Positions 11,799-23,452 of a DNA stretch of 64,000 bases are shown here, piece after piece. The notes under the pieces are model-generated. The model searched no databases, had not been told where the DNA came from, and saw nothing but the letters and a program-made list of their open reading frames with translations. Numbering within the stretch: position 1 is the stretch's first letter; the number at the start of each line of letters is the position of its first letter. A program made the translations under genes and the position numbers. This DNA is from Escherichia coli (lineage in GTDB: Bacteria; Pseudomonadota; Gammaproteobacteria; Enterobacterales; Enterobacteriaceae): the NCBI RefSeq assembly GCF_041248615.1, contig NZ_CP158426.1. One strand, given 5' to 3'.

Positions 11799-12494
11799 AT
11801 GTTCAGAAAATTAGCAGCTGAATGTTTTGGTACTTTCTGGCTTGTTTTTGGTGGCTGTGGTAGTGCCGTACTGGCCGCAGGCTTCCCGGAATTAGGCATT
11901 GGTTTTGCCGGCGTGGCGTTGGCGTTCGGTCTGACCGTTCTGACGATGGCCTTTGCTGTTGGTCACATTTCTGGTGGTCATTTTAACCCGGCGGTCACTA
12001 TTGGTTTATGGGCTGGCGGACGTTTTCCGGCAAAAGAAGTCGTTGGCTACGTAATTGCCCAGGTTGTCGGCGGTATTGTTGCAGCGGCTCTGCTGTATTT
12101 AATTGCCAGTGGTAAAACGGGTTTTGACGCGGCAGCCAGCGGTTTTGCTTCTAACGGTTATGGCGAGCATTCGCCAGGCGGTTATTCCATGCTTTCCGCG
12201 CTGGTAGTTGAACTGGTATTGAGTGCAGGTTTCCTGCTGGTGATCCACGGCGCAACCGACAAATTCGCTCCTGCTGGTTTTGCGCCGATCGCTATTGGTC
12301 TGGCCTTAACCCTGATTCACTTAATCAGTATTCCGGTGACTAACACTTCTGTTAACCCGGCGCGCAGCACCGCGGTTGCTATCTTCCAGGGCGGCTGGGC
12401 ATTAGAACAACTGTGGTTCTTCTGGGTGGTGCCAATTGTCGGCGGTATTATCGGTGGTCTGATTTACCGGACCCTGCTGGAAAAACGTAATTAA
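11799..12494 (+). CDS. aqpZ: Aquaporin Z
   Basis: [27 protein letters not shown]... with two NPA motifs ([14 protein letters not shown]). Confidence 0.95.
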   Translation: MFRKLAAECFGTFWLVFGGCGSAVLAAGFPELGIGFAGVALAFGLTVLTMAFAVGHISGGHFNPAVTIGLWAGGRFPAKEVVGYVIAQVVGGIVAAALLYLIASGKTGFDAAASGFASNGYGEHSPGGYSMLSALVVELVLSAGFLLVIHGATDKFAPAGFAPIAIGLALTLIHLISIPVTNTSVNPARSTAVAIFQGGWALEQLWFFWVVPIVGGIIGGLIYRTLLEKRN

Positions 12495-12504
12495 TTAACG
12501 CAGA

Positions 12505-12532
12505 AGGCCTGGCGCAATGTCAGGCCTTTTTT
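12505..12532 (+). terminator. Rho-independent terminator after aqpZ
   Basis: aggcctg-gcgcaatgt-caggcct followed by TTTTTT. Confidence 0.6.
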
Positions 12533-12589
12533 AAATATATTGATTCATCTTCCTGTTGCGCTCCTTGATGTGTTAAGCCACATATAGTC

Positions 12590-12830
12590 ACTGGCGCAGG
12601 GAGCGCGCAGGGGGCGGCCAATCGCCGCCGCCCCCTGCACCCCCGGGCTCTGGCGAACAAAATCGCCGCTGCGCGGTGCCCTCGACTTATCCCTTGCGGC
12701 TACCGGGTCGGGCGCGAGATAACATCCCTGTAAAACGCGCCCTCAGCCCACATCCATGTGGGCTGCCCCGGCCTTCAGGGAACGCCTCGGCGATTTTGAC
12801 GCCACCAACACCGGTGCGGTTTGTAATTAA
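12590..12830. other. GC-rich intergenic element with several strong hairpins
   Basis: cagggggcggcc...gccgccccctg and agcccacatccatgtgggct dyads in an otherwise AT-rich intergenic region. Confidence 0.4.
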
Positions 12831-12977
12831 AGCGCAAGAATATCTTTAAATGAAAATGAATACCCTACCGATCCTTATGCATAACATTTCCTTTTAATTG
12901 CAACTTTACTCGTCCTTCCGCTTTCAGTAGTGTGTCATCGCGCATTTCGACTTCATCTTTGCAAGGACTGGGTTTTC

Positions 12978-13877
12978 ATGTTTTCTGGGCTGTTAATCAT
13001 TCTGGTTCCCCTGATTGTGGGTTACCTCATTCCTCTTCGCCAAAAAGCTGCATTAAGAGTTATTAATCAGCTATTAAGCTGGATGGTTTACCTCATTCTC
13101 TTTTTTATGGGTATCAGTCTGGCGTTTCTCGATAACCTCGCCAGTAACCTGTTGGCGATTCTGCATTATTCCGCCGTCAGCATTACCATTATTTTACTCT
13201 GCAATATTATTGCGTTGTTGTGGCTGGAGCGCGGTCTGCCGTGGCGCAACCACCACCAGCAAGAAAAACTCCCGTCGCGTATTGCGATGGCGCTGGAGTC
13301 GCTAAAACTGTGCGGCGTAGTAGTGATTGGTTTTGCCATTGGCCTGAGTGGACTGGCTTTCTTACAACATGCGACCGAAGCCAGTGAATACACCTTAATT
13401 CTGCTACTTTTCCTCGTCGGTATTCAGTTGCGCAATAATGGCATGACCTTAAAGCAGATTGTCCTTAATCGCCGGGGAATGATTGTCGCCGTGGTGGTGG
13501 TTGCCAGTTCATTAATTGGTGGTTTAATTAACGCCTTTATTCTTGATCTTCCCATCAATACCGCGCTGGCAATGGCCTCTGGTTTCGGCTGGTATTCTCT
13601 TTCCGGTATTTTATTGACTGAATCTTTTGGTCCGGTAATCGGGAGCGCGGCGTTTTTTAATGATCTGGCCCGTGAGCTGATTGCAATTATGTTGATCCCT
13701 GGGCTGATTCGCCGCAGCCGCTCTACCGCACTGGGCTTATGCGGTGCGACGTCGATGGATTTCACCCTGCCCGTTCTTCAACGTACTGGCGGGCTGGATA
13801 TGGTCCCGGCGGCGATTGTTCACGGTTTTATTCTTAGCCTGTTAGTGCCGATCCTCATCGCTTTTTTCTCTGCATAA
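12978..13877 (+). CDS. lysO: Lysine exporter LysO (YbjE)
   Basis: ORF 12930-13877; start placed at MFSGLLIILVPLIVGYLIPL; polytopic membrane protein in K-12 position. Confidence 0.85.
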   Translation: MFSGLLIILVPLIVGYLIPLRQKAALRVINQLLSWMVYLILFFMGISLAFLDNLASNLLAILHYSAVSITIILLCNIIALLWLERGLPWRNHHQQEKLPSRIAMALESLKLCGVVVIGFAIGLSGLAFLQHATEASEYTLILLLFLVGIQLRNNGMTLKQIVLNRRGMIVAVVVVASSLIGGLINAFILDLPINTALAMASGFGWYSLSGILLTESFGPVIGSAAFFNDLARELIAIMLIPGLIRRSRSTALGLCGATSMDFTLPVLQRTGGLDMVPAAIVHGFILSLLVPILIAFFSA

Positions 13878-14020
13878 TACCTCTCTGGCGGTAGATCCCT
13901 GCCGCCAAAATTGCGCTAAATCAATCTCCCTTAAAGTTGCATGAAAAATCCCTTTTATCCCCGCGTTAAGCGTCTTAACCTTAAACATGTATATTAAATA
14001 TAACTTTAAAAGGTGTGATC

Positions 14021-15673
14021 ATGTTTTGTGTGCAATGTGAACAAACTATCCGTACTCCGGCAGGAAACGGCTGCTCATACGCGCAGGGGATGTGTGGTAA
14101 AACGGCGGAAACCTCTGACCTTCAGGATTTACTCATCGCGGCGCTGCAAGGGCTTTCGGCCTGGGCGGTAAAAGCGCGTGAATACGGCATCATCAACCAC
14201 GATGTAGACAGCTTTGCGCCACGCGCATTTTTCTCAACCCTGACCAACGTTAACTTCGATTCTCCGCGTATAGTCGGCTACGCTCGTGAAGCGATTGCCC
14301 TGCGCGAGGCGCTGAAAGCACAATGCCTGGCTGTAGATGCCAACGCCCGCGTCGATAACCCGATGGCTGACCTGCAACTGGTGAGCGATGATCTCGGCGA
14401 GCTGCAACGTCAGGCAGCAGAATTTACCCCTAACAAAGATAAAGCGGCGATTGGCGAAAACATTCTCGGCCTGCGCCTGCTGTGCCTGTATGGCCTGAAA
14501 GGTGCGGCGGCCTATATGGAACACGCACACGTTCTCGGTCAATACGACAACGATATTTACGCCCAGTACCATAAAATCATGGCGTGGCTGGGGACCTGGC
14601 CTGCCGATATGAACGCGCTTCTTGAGTGTTCAATGGAAATCGGCCAGATGAACTTCAAAGTGATGAGCATTCTGGATGCAGGCGAAACCAGTAAATACGG
14701 TCACCCGACGCCAACCCAGGTCAACGTCAAAGCGACGGCGGGTAAATGCATTCTGATTTCCGGTCACGATCTCAAAGATCTCTACAACCTGCTGGAACAG
14801 ACCGAAGGCACGGGCGTTAATGTCTACACCCACGGCGAAATGCTGCCTGCGCATGGCTACCCGGAGCTGCGTAAATTCAAGCATCTGGTCGGTAACTACG
14901 GCAGCGGCTGGCAGAATCAGCAAGTGGAGTTCGCTCGTTTCCCTGGCCCCATCGTGATGACCTCGAACTGCATCATCGACCCAACCGTAGGCGCTTATGA
15001 CGATCGTATCTGGACCCGCAGCATCGTTGGCTGGCCGGGTGTGCGTCATCTGGATGGCGAAGATTTCTCTGCGGTCATCGCCCAGGCGCAACAAATGGCG
15101 GGCTTCCCGTACAGCGAAATTCCGCACCTGATCACCGTGGGCTTTGGTCGTCAAACGCTGCTTGGCGCAGCGGATACGCTGATTGATCTGGTAAGCCGTG
15201 AAAAACTGCGTCATATCTTCCTGCTTGGCGGCTGTGACGGCGCACGCGGCGAGCGTCACTACTTCACCGATTTCGCCACCAGCGTGCCGGATGACTGTCT
15301 GATCCTGACTCTCGCCTGTGGTAAATATCGCTTTAACAAACTCGAGTTTGGCGATATCGAAGGTCTGCCGCGTCTGGTAGATGCTGGTCAGTGTAACGAT
15401 GCTTACTCAGCGATTATTCTGGCGGTAACGCTGGCAGAAAAACTGGGCTGCGGTGTCAACGATCTGCCGCTGTCGCTGGTGCTCTCGTGGTTTGAACAGA
15501 AAGCGATTGTCATTCTGCTGACACTGCTTTCTCTGGGTGTGAAAAATATCGTAACCGGCCCGACTGCACCTGGTTTCCTGACACCAGACCTGCTGGCGGT
15601 GCTGAACGAGAAATTCGGCCTGCGTTCTATCACCACTGTTGAAGAAGACATGAAGCAACTGTTGAGCGCGTAA
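14021..15673 (+). CDS. hcp: Hybrid-cluster protein (hydroxylamine reductase)
   Basis: [38 protein letters not shown]... cysteine-rich N-terminus. Confidence 0.95.
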   Translation: MFCVQCEQTIRTPAGNGCSYAQGMCGKTAETSDLQDLLIAALQGLSAWAVKAREYGIINHDVDSFAPRAFFSTLTNVNFDSPRIVGYAREAIALREALKAQCLAVDANARVDNPMADLQLVSDDLGELQRQAAEFTPNKDKAAIGENILGLRLLCLYGLKGAAAYMEHAHVLGQYDNDIYAQYHKIMAWLGTWPADMNALLECSMEIGQMNFKVMSILDAGETSKYGHPTPTQVNVKATAGKCILISGHDLKDLYNLLEQTEGTGVNVYTHGEMLPAHGYPELRKFKHLVGNYGSGWQNQQVEFARFPGPIVMTSNCIIDPTVGAYDDRIWTRSIVGWPGVRHLDGEDFSAVIAQAQQMAGFPYSEIPHLITVGFGRQTLLGAADTLIDLVSREKLRHIFLLGGCDGARGERHYFTDFATSVPDDCLILTLACGKYRFNKLEFGDIEGLPRLVDAGQCNDAYSAIILAVTLAEKLGCGVNDLPLSLVLSWFEQKAIVILLTLLSLGVKNIVTGPTAPGFLTPDLLAVLNEKFGLRSITTVEEDMKQLLSA

Positions 15674-15684
15674 GGAGTTTGTCG

Positions 15685-16653
15685 ATGACGATGCCAACGA
15701 ATCAATGCCCGTGGCGGATGCAGGTTCATCACATTACGCAAGAAACGCCGGATGTATGGACGATTTCCCTGATTTGCCACGATTACTACCCATATCGCGC
15801 CGGGCAATATGCACTGGTCAGCGTGCGTAACTCAGCGGAAACGCTGCGTGCTTACACCATTTCCTCCACGCCAGGCGTGAGTGAATACATCACCCTGACT
15901 GTGCGGCGGATTGATGACGGTGTCGGCTCCCAGTGGCTGACGCGCGATGTAAAACGCGGTGATTATCTCTGGCTTTCGGACGCGATGGGGGAATTTACCT
16001 GCGACGATAAAGCAGAAGATAAATTCCTGTTGCTGGCGGCAGGCTGCGGCGTCACGCCGATTATGTCGATGCGTCGCTGGCTGGCGAAGAACCGTCCGCA
16101 GGCCGATGTGCAGGTGATCTACAACGTGCGTTCGCCGCAGGATGTTATTTTCGCCGATGAGTGGCGCAACTATCCGGTGACGCTGGTGGCAGAAAATAAC
16201 GTTACCGAAGGCTTTATCGCTGGTCGTCTCACTCGCGAACTGCTGACTCGCGTTCCTGACTTAGCTTCACGTACCGTGATGACCTGCGGCCCGGCTCCGT
16301 ATATGGATTGGGTAGAGCAGGAAGTGAAAGCGCTCGGCGTGACGCGTTTCTTTAAAGAGAAATTCTTCACCCCAGTAGCGGAAGCGGCGACCAGCGGTCT
16401 GAAATTCACCAAACTGCAACCGGCACGAGAATTTTACGCCCCGGTTGGCACCACGCTACTGGAGGCGCTGGAAAGCAATAACGTTCCGGTTGTCGCTGCC
16501 TGCCGTGCAGGTGTTTGCGGCTGCTGTAAGACGAAAGTGGTTTCCGGTGAATATACGGTGAGCAGCACAATGACGCTGACCGACGCCGAAATCGCTGAAG
16601 GTTACGTACTGGCCTGCTCCTGCCATCCGCAGGGGGATTTGGTTCTCGCATAA
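15685..16653 (+). CDS. hcr: NADH oxidoreductase Hcr
   Basis: MTMPTNQCPWRMQVHHITQETPDVWTISL..., C-terminal 2Fe-2S ferredoxin-like CRAGVCGCC; directly follows hcp. Confidence 0.93.
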   Translation: MTMPTNQCPWRMQVHHITQETPDVWTISLICHDYYPYRAGQYALVSVRNSAETLRAYTISSTPGVSEYITLTVRRIDDGVGSQWLTRDVKRGDYLWLSDAMGEFTCDDKAEDKFLLLAAGCGVTPIMSMRRWLAKNRPQADVQVIYNVRSPQDVIFADEWRNYPVTLVAENNVTEGFIAGRLTRELLTRVPDLASRTVMTCGPAPYMDWVEQEVKALGVTRFFKEKFFTPVAEAATSGLKFTKLQPAREFYAPVGTTLLEALESNNVPVVAACRAGVCGCCKTKVVSGEYTVSSTMTLTDAEIAEGYVLACSCHPQGDLVLA

Positions 16654-16662
16654 TCGCCTTAT

Positions 16663-16692
16663 GCCCGATGATATTCCTTTCATCGGGCTATT
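16663..16692 (+). terminator. Candidate terminator after hcr
   Basis: gcccgatgatattcctttcatcgggc hairpin followed by tattt. Confidence 0.45.
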
Positions 16693-16785
16693 TAACCGTT
16701 AGTGCCTCCTTTTTCCCCCATCCCTTCCCCCTCCGTCAGATGAACTAAACTTGTTACCGTTATCACATTCAGGAGATGGAGAACC

Positions 16786-18504
16786 ATGAAACAAACGGTT
16801 GCAGCTTATATCGCCAAAACACTCGAATCGGCAGGCGTGAAACGCATCTGGGGAGTCACGGGCGACTCTCTGAACGGTCTTAGTGACAGTCTTAATCGCA
16901 TGGGCACCATCGAGTGGATGTCCACCCGCCATGAAGAAGTGGCGGCCTTTGCCGCTGGCGCTGAAGCACAACTTTCAGGAGAACTGGCGGTCTGTGCCGG
17001 ATCGTGCGGCCCCGGAAACCTGCACTTAATCAACGGCCTGTTTGATTGCCACCGCAATCACGTTCCAGTACTGGCGATTGCCGCTCATATTCCCTCCAGC
17101 GAAATTGGCAGCGGCTATTTCCAGGAAACCCACCCACAAGAGCTATTCCGCGAATGTAGTCACTATTGCGAGCTGGTTTCCAGCCCGGAGCAGATCCCAC
17201 AAGTGCTGGCGATTGCCATGCGCAAAGCGGTGCTTAACCGTGGCGTTTCCGTTGTCGTGTTACCGGGCGACGTGGCGTTAAAACCTGCGCCAGAAGGGGC
17301 AACCTCGCACTGGTATCATGCGCCACAGCCAGTCGTGACGCCGGAAGAAGAAGAGTTACGCAAACTGGCGCAACTGCTGCGTTATTCCAGCAATATCGCC
17401 CTGATGTGTGGCAGCGGCTGCGCGGGGGCGCATAAAGAGTTAGTTGAGTTTGCCGGGAAAATTAAAGCGCCTATTGTTCATGCCCTGCGCGGTAAAGAAC
17501 ATGTCGAATACGATAATCCGTATGATGTCGGAATGACGGGATTAATTGGCTTCTCGTCAGGTTTCCATACCATGATGAACGCCGACACGTTAGTGCTACT
17601 CGGCACGCAATTTCCCTACCGCGCCTTCTACCCGACCGATGCCAAAATTATTCAGATTGATATCAACCCAGCCAGCATCGGCGCGCATAGCAAGGTAGAT
17701 ATGGCACTGGTCGGCGATATCAAATCAACCCTGCGGGCATTGCTGCCACTGGTGGAAGAAAAAACCGATCGCAAGTTTCTGGATAAAGCGCTGGAAGATT
17801 ACCGCGACGCTCGCAAAGGGCTGGACGATTTAGCTAAACCGAGCGAGAAAGCCATTCACCCGCAATATCTGGCGCAGCAAATTAGTCATTTTGCCGCCGA
17901 TGACGCTATTTTCACCTGTGACGTTGGTACGCCAACGGTGTGGGCGGCACGTTATCTAAAAATGAACGGCAAGCGTCGCCTGTTAGGTTCGTTTAACCAC
18001 GGTTCGATGGCTAACGCCATGCCGCAGGCGCTGGGCGCGCAGGCAACCGAGCCAGAACGCCAGGTGGTCGCCATGTGCGGCGATGGCGGTTTTAGCATGT
18101 TGATGGGCGATTTTCTCTCAGTAGTGCAGATGAAACTGCCAGTGAAAATTGTCGTCTTTAACAACAGCGTACTGGGCTTTGTGGCGATGGAGATGAAAGC
18201 CGGTGGCTATTTGACTGACGGCACCGAACTACACGACACCAACTTTGCCCGCATTGCCGAAGCGTGCGGAATTACGGGTATTCGCGTGGAAAAAGCCTCT
18301 GAAGTCGATGAAGCCCTGCAACGCGCCTTTTCCATCGACGGTCCGGTGCTGGTGGATGTGGTGGTCGCCAAAGAAGAATTAGCCATTCCACCGCAGATCA
18401 AACTCGAACAGGCCAAAGGTTTTAGCCTGTATATGTTGCGCGCAATCATCAGCGGACGCGGCGATGAAGTGATCGAACTGGCGAAAACAAACTGGCTAAG
18501 GTAA
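16786..18504 (+). CDS. poxB: Pyruvate oxidase (ubiquinone-dependent pyruvate dehydrogenase)
   Basis: 572-aa [37 protein letters not shown]... matches recalled PoxB. Confidence 0.96.
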   Translation: MKQTVAAYIAKTLESAGVKRIWGVTGDSLNGLSDSLNRMGTIEWMSTRHEEVAAFAAGAEAQLSGELAVCAGSCGPGNLHLINGLFDCHRNHVPVLAIAAHIPSSEIGSGYFQETHPQELFRECSHYCELVSSPEQIPQVLAIAMRKAVLNRGVSVVVLPGDVALKPAPEGATSHWYHAPQPVVTPEEEELRKLAQLLRYSSNIALMCGSGCAGAHKELVEFAGKIKAPIVHALRGKEHVEYDNPYDVGMTGLIGFSSGFHTMMNADTLVLLGTQFPYRAFYPTDAKIIQIDINPASIGAHSKVDMALVGDIKSTLRALLPLVEEKTDRKFLDKALEDYRDARKGLDDLAKPSEKAIHPQYLAQQISHFAADDAIFTCDVGTPTVWAARYLKMNGKRRLLGSFNHGSMANAMPQALGAQATEPERQVVAMCGDGGFSMLMGDFLSVVQMKLPVKIVVFNNSVLGFVAMEMKAGGYLTDGTELHDTNFARIAEACGITGIRVEKASEVDEALQRAFSIDGPVLVDVVVAKEELAIPPQIKLEQAKGFSLYMLRAIISGRGDEVIELAKTNWLR

Positions 18505-18540
18505 AAAGGGTGGCATTTCCCGTCATAATAAGGACATGCC

Positions 18541-19542
18541 ATGATTGATTTACGCAGTGATACCGTTACCCGACCGAGCCGCGCCATGCTCGAAGCGATG
18601 ATGGCCGCCCCGGTTGGGGACGACGTTTACGGAGACGACCCTACCGTTAATGCTCTGCAGGACTATGCGGCAGAGCTTTCCGGTAAAGAAGCCGCCATTT
18701 TTCTGCCGACCGGCACCCAGGCTAACCTGGTCGCTCTGCTCAGTCACTGCGAACGCGGCGAAGAGTATATTGTCGGTCAGGCCGCGCATAACTATCTGTT
18801 TGAAGCCGGTGGTGCGGCGGTGCTGGGCAGTATTCAACCGCAACCCATCGACGCGGCTGCCGACGGCACGCTACCGCTGGATAAAGTGGCGATGAAAATC
18901 AAACCCGACGATATCCATTTCGCCCGCACCAAATTACTCAGTCTGGAAAACACCCACAACGGCAAAGTGCTGCCGCGGGAATACCTGAAAGAAGCATGGG
19001 AATTTACTCGCGAGCGCAATCTGGCGCTGCATGTTGACGGTGCGCGCATCTTTAATGCCGTGGTGGCTTACGGCTGCGAACTGAAAGAGATCACGCAATA
19101 TTGTGATTCGTTCACCATTTGCCTGTCGAAAGGACTTGGGACGCCAGTCGGCTCGTTACTGGTCGGTAATCGTGATTACATTAAACGTGCCATCCGCTGG
19201 CGGAAAATGACCGGTGGCGGGATGCGCCAGTCCGGCATTCTGGCTGCCGCCGGGATGTATGCCCTGAAAAATAACGTCGCGCGCTTACAGGAAGACCACG
19301 ACAACGCCGCCTGGATGGCGGAGCAGTTGCGTGAAGCAGGCGCGGATGTGATGCGTCAGGACACCAATATGCTGTTTGTTCGCGTCGGGGAAGAAAATGC
19401 TGCCGCGTTAGGCGAATACATGAAAGCGAGAAACGTGCTGATTAACGCCTCGCCGATTGTCCGCCTGGTGACCCATCTTGACGTCTCGCGTGCACAACTG
19501 GCGGAAGTCGCCGCCCACTGGCGCGCATTCCTGGCGCGTTAA
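18541..19542 (+). CDS. ltaE: Low-specificity L-threonine aldolase
   Basis: 333-aa [43 protein letters not shown]... Confidence 0.95.
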   Translation: MIDLRSDTVTRPSRAMLEAMMAAPVGDDVYGDDPTVNALQDYAAELSGKEAAIFLPTGTQANLVALLSHCERGEEYIVGQAAHNYLFEAGGAAVLGSIQPQPIDAAADGTLPLDKVAMKIKPDDIHFARTKLLSLENTHNGKVLPREYLKEAWEFTRERNLALHVDGARIFNAVVAYGCELKEITQYCDSFTICLSKGLGTPVGSLLVGNRDYIKRAIRWRKMTGGGMRQSGILAAAGMYALKNNVARLQEDHDNAAWMAEQLREAGADVMRQDTNMLFVRVGEENAAALGEYMKARNVLINASPIVRLVTHLDVSRAQLAEVAAHWRAFLAR

Positions 19543-19552
19543 GGAGGGAGAG

Positions 19553-20983
19553 GTGCCGCAACGCATTTTAGTTCTCGGTGCCAGTGGCTATATTGGTCAG
19601 CATCTGGTGCGAACACTCAGCCAGCAGGGGCATCAGATCCTGGCGGCGGCACGTCATGTCGACAGGCTTGCAAAGCTGCAACTGGCAAATGTCAGTTGCC
19701 ATAAAGTCGATCTCAGCTGGCCGGATAACCTTCCGGCCCTGTTGCAGGATATCGATACGGTCTATTTTCTGGTGCACAGCATGGGCGAAGGCGGCGATTT
19801 TATCGCTCAGGAGCGCCAGGTGGCTCTCAACGTCCGCGATGCACTACGTGAAGTCCCAGTTAAGCAATTAATCTTTCTCAGTTCGTTGCAGGCCCCGCCA
19901 CATGAGCAGTCGGACCATCTGCGCGCCCGTCAGGCTACGGCGGATATTCTTCGTGAAGCGGGTGTCCCGGTGACCGAATTGCGTGCCGGAATAATCGTTG
20001 GTGCAGGTTCAGCGGCGTTCGAAGTCATGCGCGATATGGTCTACAACCTGCCAGTGTTAACGCCGCCACGCTGGGTTCGTTCACGCACCACGCCCATCGC
20101 GCTGGAAAACTTGCTGCACTATCTGGTGGCGCTGTTAGATCATCCGGCCTGCGAACATCGCATCTTCGAAGCCGCCGGACCAGAAGTGCTCAGTTATCAG
20201 CAACAGTTTGAACATTTTATGGCGGTGAGCGGTAAGCGCCGCTGGTTGATCCCCATCCCCCTCCCCACCCGCTGGATTTCGGTGTGGTTTCTTAATGTGA
20301 TTACTTCCGTACCACCCACCACCGCCAGGGCGTTGATTCAGGGGCTGAAACACGATCTGCTGGCGGATGACACCGAGCTACGTGCGCTCATCCCACAACG
20401 GCTGATCGCTTTCGATGACGCGGTACGTCGCACCCTGAAAGAAGAAGAAAAGCTGCTCAACTCCAGCGACTGGGGCTACGACGCACAGGCCTTTGCCCGC
20501 TGGCGACCGGAGTACGGTTATTTCGCCAAACAGGCGGGGTTTACCGTTAAAACGTCCGCCAGCCTTGCGGCTTTATGGCAGGTGGTGAATCAAATCGGCG
20601 GTAAAGAGCGTTATTTCTTTGGCAATATTTTGTGGCAAACCCGGGCGTTGATGGACCGCGCGATCGGTCATAAGCTGGCGAAAGGCCGCCCGGAGCGTGA
20701 ATATTTGCAGACCGGCGATGCGGTGGATAGCTGGAAAGTGATTGTCGTTGAACCGGAAAAACAACTTACGCTGTTATTTGGCATGAAAGCGCCGGGGCTG
20801 GGACGACTGTGTTTTACCCTGGAAGATAAAGGCGACTATCGTACTATCGATGTTCGCGCATTCTGGCATCCGCACGGTATGCCGGGGCTGTTTTACTGGT
20901 TATTGATGATCCCCGCGCATCTGTTTATTTTTCGCGGAATGGCAAAACAAATCGCCAGACTGGCAGAACAAAGCACAGATTAA
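19553..20983 (+). CDS. ybjT: NAD(P)-binding epimerase/dehydratase-family protein YbjT
   Basis: GTG start preceded by aaggaggg RBS; Rossmann motif [12 protein letters not shown]; 476 aa as recalled for YbjT. Confidence 0.85.
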   Translation: MPQRILVLGASGYIGQHLVRTLSQQGHQILAAARHVDRLAKLQLANVSCHKVDLSWPDNLPALLQDIDTVYFLVHSMGEGGDFIAQERQVALNVRDALREVPVKQLIFLSSLQAPPHEQSDHLRARQATADILREAGVPVTELRAGIIVGAGSAAFEVMRDMVYNLPVLTPPRWVRSRTTPIALENLLHYLVALLDHPACEHRIFEAAGPEVLSYQQQFEHFMAVSGKRRWLIPIPLPTRWISVWFLNVITSVPPTTARALIQGLKHDLLADDTELRALIPQRLIAFDDAVRRTLKEEEKLLNSSDWGYDAQAFARWRPEYGYFAKQAGFTVKTSASLAALWQVVNQIGGKERYFFGNILWQTRALMDRAIGHKLAKGRPEREYLQTGDAVDSWKVIVVEPEKQLTLLFGMKAPGLGRLCFTLEDKGDYRTIDVRAFWHPHGMPGLFYWLLMIPAHLFIFRGMAKQIARLAEQSTD

Positions 20984-21081
20984 TCGACAAAACCTACGTT
21001 ATTCTTTCATGTTTCCCATTGCATCATGGGGGAAATCACGGAAGAATGCGCACGTCATTTTCTCAACAACAGTGGATTGAT

Positions 21082-22095
21082 ATGAAGGTACTGGTTACCG
21101 GCGCCACCAGCGGCTTAGGTCGAAACGCGGTAGAGTTTTTATGCCAGAAAGGCATCAGCGTGCGAGCGACCGGTCGCAACGAGGCAATGGGTAAATTGCT
21201 GGAAAAAATGGGCGCAGAGTTTGTTCCGGCGGATCTGACCGAGCTGGTCTCATCACAAGCTAAAGTGATGCTCGCGGGCATTGATACGCTGTGGCACTGC
21301 TCCAGCTTTACCTCGCCCTGGGGGACACAACAGGCTTTCGATCTGGCTAACGTTCGCGCCACTCGCCGCCTGGGTGAATGGGCTGTCGCCTGGGGTGTGC
21401 GTAACTTTATTCATATCTCTTCCCCCTCCCTGTACTTCGATTATCACCACCATCGCGATATTAAAGAAGATTTTCGCCCTCACCGCTTCGCCAACGAGTT
21501 TGCCCGCAGCAAAGCAGCCAGCGAAGAGGTGATCAATATGCTTTCGCAGGCGAATCCACAAACGCGCTTTACTATTCTGCGCCCACAAAGTCTGTTCGGA
21601 CCGCACGATAAAGTCTTTATTCCCCGTCTGGCGCATATGATGCACCACTACGGCAGCATTCTGTTACCGCACGGCGGCAGTGCGCTGGTGGATATGACCT
21701 ACTATGAAAATGCCGTGCACGCCATGTGGCTGGCAAGCCAGGAAGCCTGCGATAAGCTACCTTCCGGGCGTGTGTACAACATCACCAATGGCGAGCATCG
21801 CACACTGCGCAGCATCGTGCAGAAGCTGATCGACGAGTTGAATATTGACTGTCGTATTCGTTCCGTCCCCTACCCGATGCTGGATATGATCGCCCGCAGC
21901 ATGGAGCGTTTAGGCCGCAAGTCAGCAAAAGAGCCGCCGCTGACCCACTACGGCGTCTCCAAGTTGAATTTTGACTTTACGCTGGATATTACGCGTGCGC
22001 AGGAAGAGTTAGGTTATCAACCAGTCCTCACCCTGGATGAAGGTATCGAGAAAACTGCCGCCTGGCTACGCGACCACGGAAAACTGCCGCGCTAA
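21082..22095 (+). CDS. ybjS: NAD-dependent epimerase/dehydratase-family protein YbjS
   Basis: [20 protein letters not shown]... from the internal Met of ORF 21019-22095. Confidence 0.85.
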   Translation: MKVLVTGATSGLGRNAVEFLCQKGISVRATGRNEAMGKLLEKMGAEFVPADLTELVSSQAKVMLAGIDTLWHCSSFTSPWGTQQAFDLANVRATRRLGEWAVAWGVRNFIHISSPSLYFDYHHHRDIKEDFRPHRFANEFARSKAASEEVINMLSQANPQTRFTILRPQSLFGPHDKVFIPRLAHMMHHYGSILLPHGGSALVDMTYYENAVHAMWLASQEACDKLPSGRVYNITNGEHRTLRSIVQKLIDELNIDCRIRSVPYPMLDMIARSMERLGRKSAKEPPLTHYGVSKLNFDFTLDITRAQEELGYQPVLTLDEGIEKTAAWLRDHGKLPR

Positions 22096-22922
22096 TCCTG
22101 CCCGTATTTCTCCAGCAACGCTTCGGCAATCGCCTGAGTTTCTGCATCCGCTTCGCCGTTGTATAACGTCGGGCGGAAATGCATCTGGAACGCCATAATC
22201 ACGCGCCGCTGCTCGCGCGGTGTCATATCAGGTTTAACGTCATAACCGTAGCGCGCCAAAAGCTCCAGCAATGACGCGGTATCTACCGGTGTGTGCGGCG
22301 CGCGCCCGGCAAGGTAAAAGTTCACCCGCTGCGCATCCGGCCAGGCACCAATCCCCTGCTGCGCCAGTTGTTGCCAGGGGAATAACGGCCCCGGATCGTC
22401 TTTGCGCTGCGGCGCAATATCCGCATGCGCTACTACGTTTTCCGGCTTGATGTGATAACGGGCAATAATATCTTTCGCCAGCGGAATAAGCGCCTGAATC
22501 TGTGCCTGTTCAAACGGGGCAAAATATTTCACTCCGGATGATTTCTGCCAGCCACGGTTTTCCAGCTCAATGCCAATAGAGGTGTCGTTAAGGCGCGTTG
22601 CCCCGCGCCAGGCGCTAATCCCCGCATGCCAGGCCAGCTCCTGTTCCGGCACCAGTTGCCAGATGCGCGGTTTACCGTTGTATCGCGGTGGCACAGCAGG
22701 CACCAGATAATGCGAACTGACCTGCTTATCGGTCAGTGTCGCCAGCGAGCTATCAAAATCATCTGCGGTGTAGTGGATAACCAGCACTTTAATGCGCGGA
22801 TACGCCGCCTGCGCCTGGCGTCGGGTATCAAGCTGATATCCCTCTTTCTCGACAATGCCCTTTTCGCCGGCACACCCTGCCAGTAACAGAGCGGCGGCGA
22901 CCAGCCAGAAGACTCTTCTCAT
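22092..22922 (-). CDS. amiD: N-acetylmuramoyl-L-alanine amidase AmiD (lipoprotein)
   Basis: 276-aa ORF with lipobox LLAGCAG and amidase_2 domain. Confidence 0.9.
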
Positions 22923-23242
22923 CGACGCGTTTTCACCGCCGTACCGCTGACGCTAACCATCAGCATACTGCCATTTTGCCCGACCGTTTCGTAGTCGATA
23001 TCAATACCGACTACGGCATCAGCCCCCAGCGCCCGGGCCTGATCGCCGAGCTCCTCAAAGGCAATCTCCCGCGCTTTACGCAATTCTTTTTCATAAGCCC
23101 CGGAGCGTCCGCCAACGATATCGCGGATACCGGCAAAGAAATCACGGAAAATATTGGCACCTAAAATCGCTTCGCCGGTCACCACACCGCAATATTCGAC
23201 GATGGTCTGGCCTTCCAGAGTTGGGGTTGTAGAAAATTGCAT
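22919..23242 (-). CDS. ybjQ: UPF0145 protein YbjQ
   Basis: 107-aa [54 protein letters not shown]... Confidence 0.9.
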
Positions 23243-23452
23243 GATCGATCTCCTTGTTTGTTAAGCCTTCGATCTCTAAAGCATTATCGGACTGATATGC
23301 CATGTTGGGAAGAAGGTTTTGATCAGTTTAGGAAATCATCTCATTGTGTCAAAAACAGGTACATAAGCCTGTACAATTATCCGTTGCATAACCCGATATT
23401 AGTTTTATTATGGAGCACCGCTTACCTGTCGTATTATGTAGTACCAGCAACA

